The notes beneath the pieces are model-generated. The model saw nothing but the letters and a program-made list of their open reading frames with translations, searched no databases and was not told the DNA's origin. Shown one piece after another: positions 60,483 through 64,000 of a DNA stretch of 64,000 bases (position 1 is its first letter; every line of letters starts with the position of its first letter). Origin of the DNA: Squalus acanthias (Eukaryota); NCBI GenBank assembly GCA_030390025.1, contig CM059431.1:107572001-107636000 (forward strand), read 5' to 3'. Position numbers and translations under genes: made by a program.

Positions 60483-61069
60483 TATTACAAACTGAAAAGA
60501 AGAGTCACGTGCCTTGGCTTGGGTGCCATGAGAATAACCATTCTCTATCTCGATGTGATCTGCATTTCTTTAATGAATGACTACTTAGCGAATGTTAGAG
60601 CTGGCAGCTGCTACTGAAATAAATATCCTATGTTGCTCCACTCACTGACTGCCCAGAAATATATTTGTTGGCAGTGACAGGGTATAGTTACTGCGTTACT
60701 TTACACACCACTTACTGGGTGGATTGTTACAGGCAGATTATAATAGCAGTACCTCTCCAATCATTCATCGATTGGGTAACACCATTATATCTCAATAACA
60801 AAGTAACACACATACACGAAAGGTCAGTGTTAAAATGTTCTCATTCTGAATGCTAGTATAGTGCCCACTACTTAGTTCCTGACTGGGGAAAACATGTAAG
60901 GGGTGATTCTGCACTCTGAAAGAGCACCCTTCAGAAAATCTTGGGCGCGCAGGCTGGATGGATAGAAAATCATCGACTATGGATCCCCAATCTCCCAAGA
61001 TAAGTGCTCTTTGGGAGCTCGGGATCGCAGAATCATTCCTTTATTCTTTATATGGAAGGTATCATTTTA

Positions 61070-61420
61070 CATACAGCACAGAAACAGGCCATTTGGCCCA
61101 ACTGGTCTATGCCAGTGTTTATGCTCCACACGAGCCTCCTCTCACCCTACTTCATCTAACCCTATCAGCATATCTTCTATTTCTTTCTCCCTCGTGTGTT
61201 TATCTAAATTCCCCTTTAATGCATCTACGCTATTCACCTCAATCACTCCCCTGTGGTAGCGTGTTCCACATTCTCACCACTCTCTGAGTAAAGAAGTTTC
61301 TCCTGAATTCCTTATTGGATTTATTAGTGACTATCTTATATTGATGGCCCCTAGCTTTGGACACCCCTACAAGTGGAAACATCATTTTTCTATGTCTACC
61401 CTATCGAACCTCCTTCATAA
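61070..61420 (-). mobile_element. CR1 3' fragment
   Basis: Reverse complement of the 7003-7332 subfamily. Confidence 0.85.
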
Positions 61421-61781
61421 TTTTTCCAACTTTGTGTTTCTAGTGTGGGGCCTCAGGAAAAGCTTGAAGTTAAAAAAAAATGACCGCTTTAGACTGGAAA
61501 TTGAAAGAATCAATACTAAAATGCACCACAGGCATCTTGTACTTGGTTCAAAGGGAAAACTTTCTGACTCTGTGGTGCTGGTGGGAGAGCTCCTCGTAGC
61601 AGCAGTACACATTGGAAATCTGGGTGGGAGCCGAGTGCTATTTCCCGAACATTGATTTACACGCTTGGAATATCAGGTGCAGCGCACACTCGGATTGCTG
61701 ACGAGCTGGGAGGTTTTCTGTTGGCAGCGCAAATTTGGGAAACATTTCCTTCAAATATACAGAGTGATTTTGTCTTCCTGA

Positions 61782-62255
61782 TGTCAGCTGTGGCTCAGTG
61801 GGTAGCACACTCACTTCTGAGTCAGAAGGTTTGTGGGTTCACAATCCCGCTCCAGGGACTTGAGCGCATAAAGTTAGGCTGACACTCCAGTGCAGTGCTG
61901 AGGGAGTGCTGCACTGTCGGAGGTGCCGTCTTTTGGATGAGACATTAAACCAAGGTCCCGCCTGCTCTCTCAAGTGGATGTAAAAAATCCCATGGCACTA
62001 TTTCGATGAAGAGCAGGGGAGTTATCCCCGATGTCCTGGCCAATATTTATCCCTCAATCAACATCACTAAAACAGATTATCTGGTCATTATCACATTGCT
62101 GTTTGTGGGAGCTTGCTGTGTGCAAATTGGCTGCCGCGTTTCCCACATTACAACAGTGACTACACTCCAAAAAAGTACTTCAGTGGCTGTAAAGCGCTTT
62201 GAGAGGTCCGGTGGTCGTGCAACGCGCTATATAAATGCAAGTCTTTCTTTCTTTT
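61782..62255 (+). mobile_element. Deu-domain-like SINE, full length
   Basis: Colinear with 49681-50147. Confidence 0.9.
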
Positions 62256-63629
62256 TCTTTCCAATTGGATGGCCTCTGAATATTTTCTGTGCAGTTCTGC
62301 TTTGGCAATCATCACAAATTAGAGGCTGCAGCAAATATACCATATTTATTGTAAATCATTCTTTTATGTGATTCACAAAAGAGCTCTGTGTGGCGGCCGT
62401 TCCCAAATTGGTTTCCTGTGATTGCTTGTGGTGCGTTCCATCTATAAATTCCAGTGATAGTAACTAACCGTAATAAACAGGTTCCAACATCAGGGCTCAC
62501 CCTTGACTTTGGAACATTTTGTGAATTCATTCTCAGGAGTCGACCTCGCCTCCACTCAGTCTCAGCGTGTGTGCACTGGCAAACGATCAGAAGCCTTCAT
62601 CTTGTACAGAAATCCCACATGATCCTCACCCTGGCACACGCGCAAGGCGTATTAGCATTCCGAAAATACAGTTTCATTCAAAACTACCAGCAGTGAGAAA
62701 ATTATCAATGATTAACACGGTATGACTACTTGCTGGAATATGCAGATCCCAGTGAGTATGATAGGGCAATGCACGGAAATGAGCCCGCTTGAATAATATA
62801 CAGATTGTGCCCACATCTTTATGCAGGCATCAGGCACCATCTGTTTGTTATGCTTCCATTATATAAAAAAAAGTGGTGTTGCTTGGATCTGTCGCTTCTT
62901 GCGGCTAATTGTCAGGCTCCAGCTATGCTGTAAATTGAAGTGGCCGTGTATGTGGAATCGCATCTTTATACCAAGATCAGGCGCAATAGGTTTTTCTCCA
63001 ACAAGGTCAACTCTACATATACTTTACACTCTACTCTTGCAATGTTAAATCTAAATTAATAAGGCTCATGTTAACAATATTCAAGCACAATTTCTTACGG
63101 TTTGTAGTTTAATTACTCACAGAATTAAATCACAAAGCCAGGGCTGTATATTATCATCAATCTGTCAGATTGTGGTGAAGGGCAAATCATATTTCGATTT
63201 ACCACACACAAAGGCATTTTCGGAATTTCATAGGTCCCAATCTGACGAGCTTTATTTTTCTAGGACAAATGTGCAAAACTTTTCAAAAAGGGAGAGTTTT
63301 TCCCTAATTCCGCAAGGTCACTTGAAAATATAATCCTCCTTGTGTGTTCTGAACACTCTATCTTGTGAAGAAATTCAGCTTCTGAGTATTAAGAACTAAT
63401 AGGGACAGCTTGGCATTGACATTCAAATGTCAATGTTATTCACAGCATCTCAAAGATGACTGTGCCCAAACCACAAAGAGATGACTAGACTCATTAGAGG
63501 ATCATTAACAGCACATTTGACGTGTTGGCTCATTTTGCCTCATCTGGCTAAACTGGGTGAACAGGGTCCCACACAATCACATGTGGATCCTACAAGAAAC
63601 ATCTTTTTGCTGTTGGGATCATAAACATT

Positions 63630-64000
63630 GGGCCGTATTTTCCGATCGGAGGCTTCCCGCGTGCGGAGGCCTCTGATGTGGAAAAAATCTACGCACTTAC
63701 CTGAGGGCTCCCGAGGTCCGGACACTTCCGCTCCTGGGCCTCTCCAACTCGAATTGCACAGGGCCCACGTATCCCAGGGGCGCAGGCAGTTCGCAAGCGA
63801 CCCTGGGATCACGTGGGCCATGGGGAGCCAATCAAAGAAGGGAATCTCCCTTCATACACTTGACAGATAGACCCGTCAAATATATGAATGGAGATCACCC
63901 CAAAAACACTGTAAAACATTAAATAATTTTTTTTTAATCACATTTTTAAAATTAGTTGAAATTACAATAAATTAAATATTTTAAACAAAAATTTAATTTT
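63630..64000. mobile_element. MITE, inverted copy of 39479-40230, cut by window end
   Basis: GGGCCGTATTTTCCGATCGGAGGCTTCC... matches the reverse complement of 40230 leftwards. Confidence 0.88.

Overview
This is eukaryotic, repeat-dominated DNA. I infer a cartilaginous fish (shark) from the repeat repertoire, and the region looks intergenic or deep intronic. I found no host protein-coding exon, tRNA or rRNA gene, or CRISPR array that I can support. The window is a layered mosaic of mobile elements. (1) There are many 5'-truncated CR1-clade LINE fragments, one with an uninterrupted 444-aa RT/C-terminal frame, plus L2 and RTE fragments. (2) There are several tRNA-derived SINE families (Deu-domain-like, a second core family, and an LF-SINE-like copy); two of them share their 3' tails with LINEs present in the window. 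(3) There is a dense set of PIF/Harbinger DNA transposons: one complete but decayed two-gene element (spliced Myb/SANT-like gene plus convergent HARBI1-type transposase), several derivatives that kept the Myb gene but lost the transposase core, and MITEs. (4) Three Penelope-like terminal-repeat remnants carry minimal type-I hammerhead ribozyme motifs; two have intact cores and one is a 175-bp near-perfect hairpin with a 12-bp target-site duplication. The most interesting signals are the hammerheads and the recurrent 'Myb-retained, transposase-core-deleted' Harbingers. Both are variations on known biology, and I cannot claim a new system. Family names come from motif recognition by eye, not database searches, and boundaries of decayed repeats are approximate.
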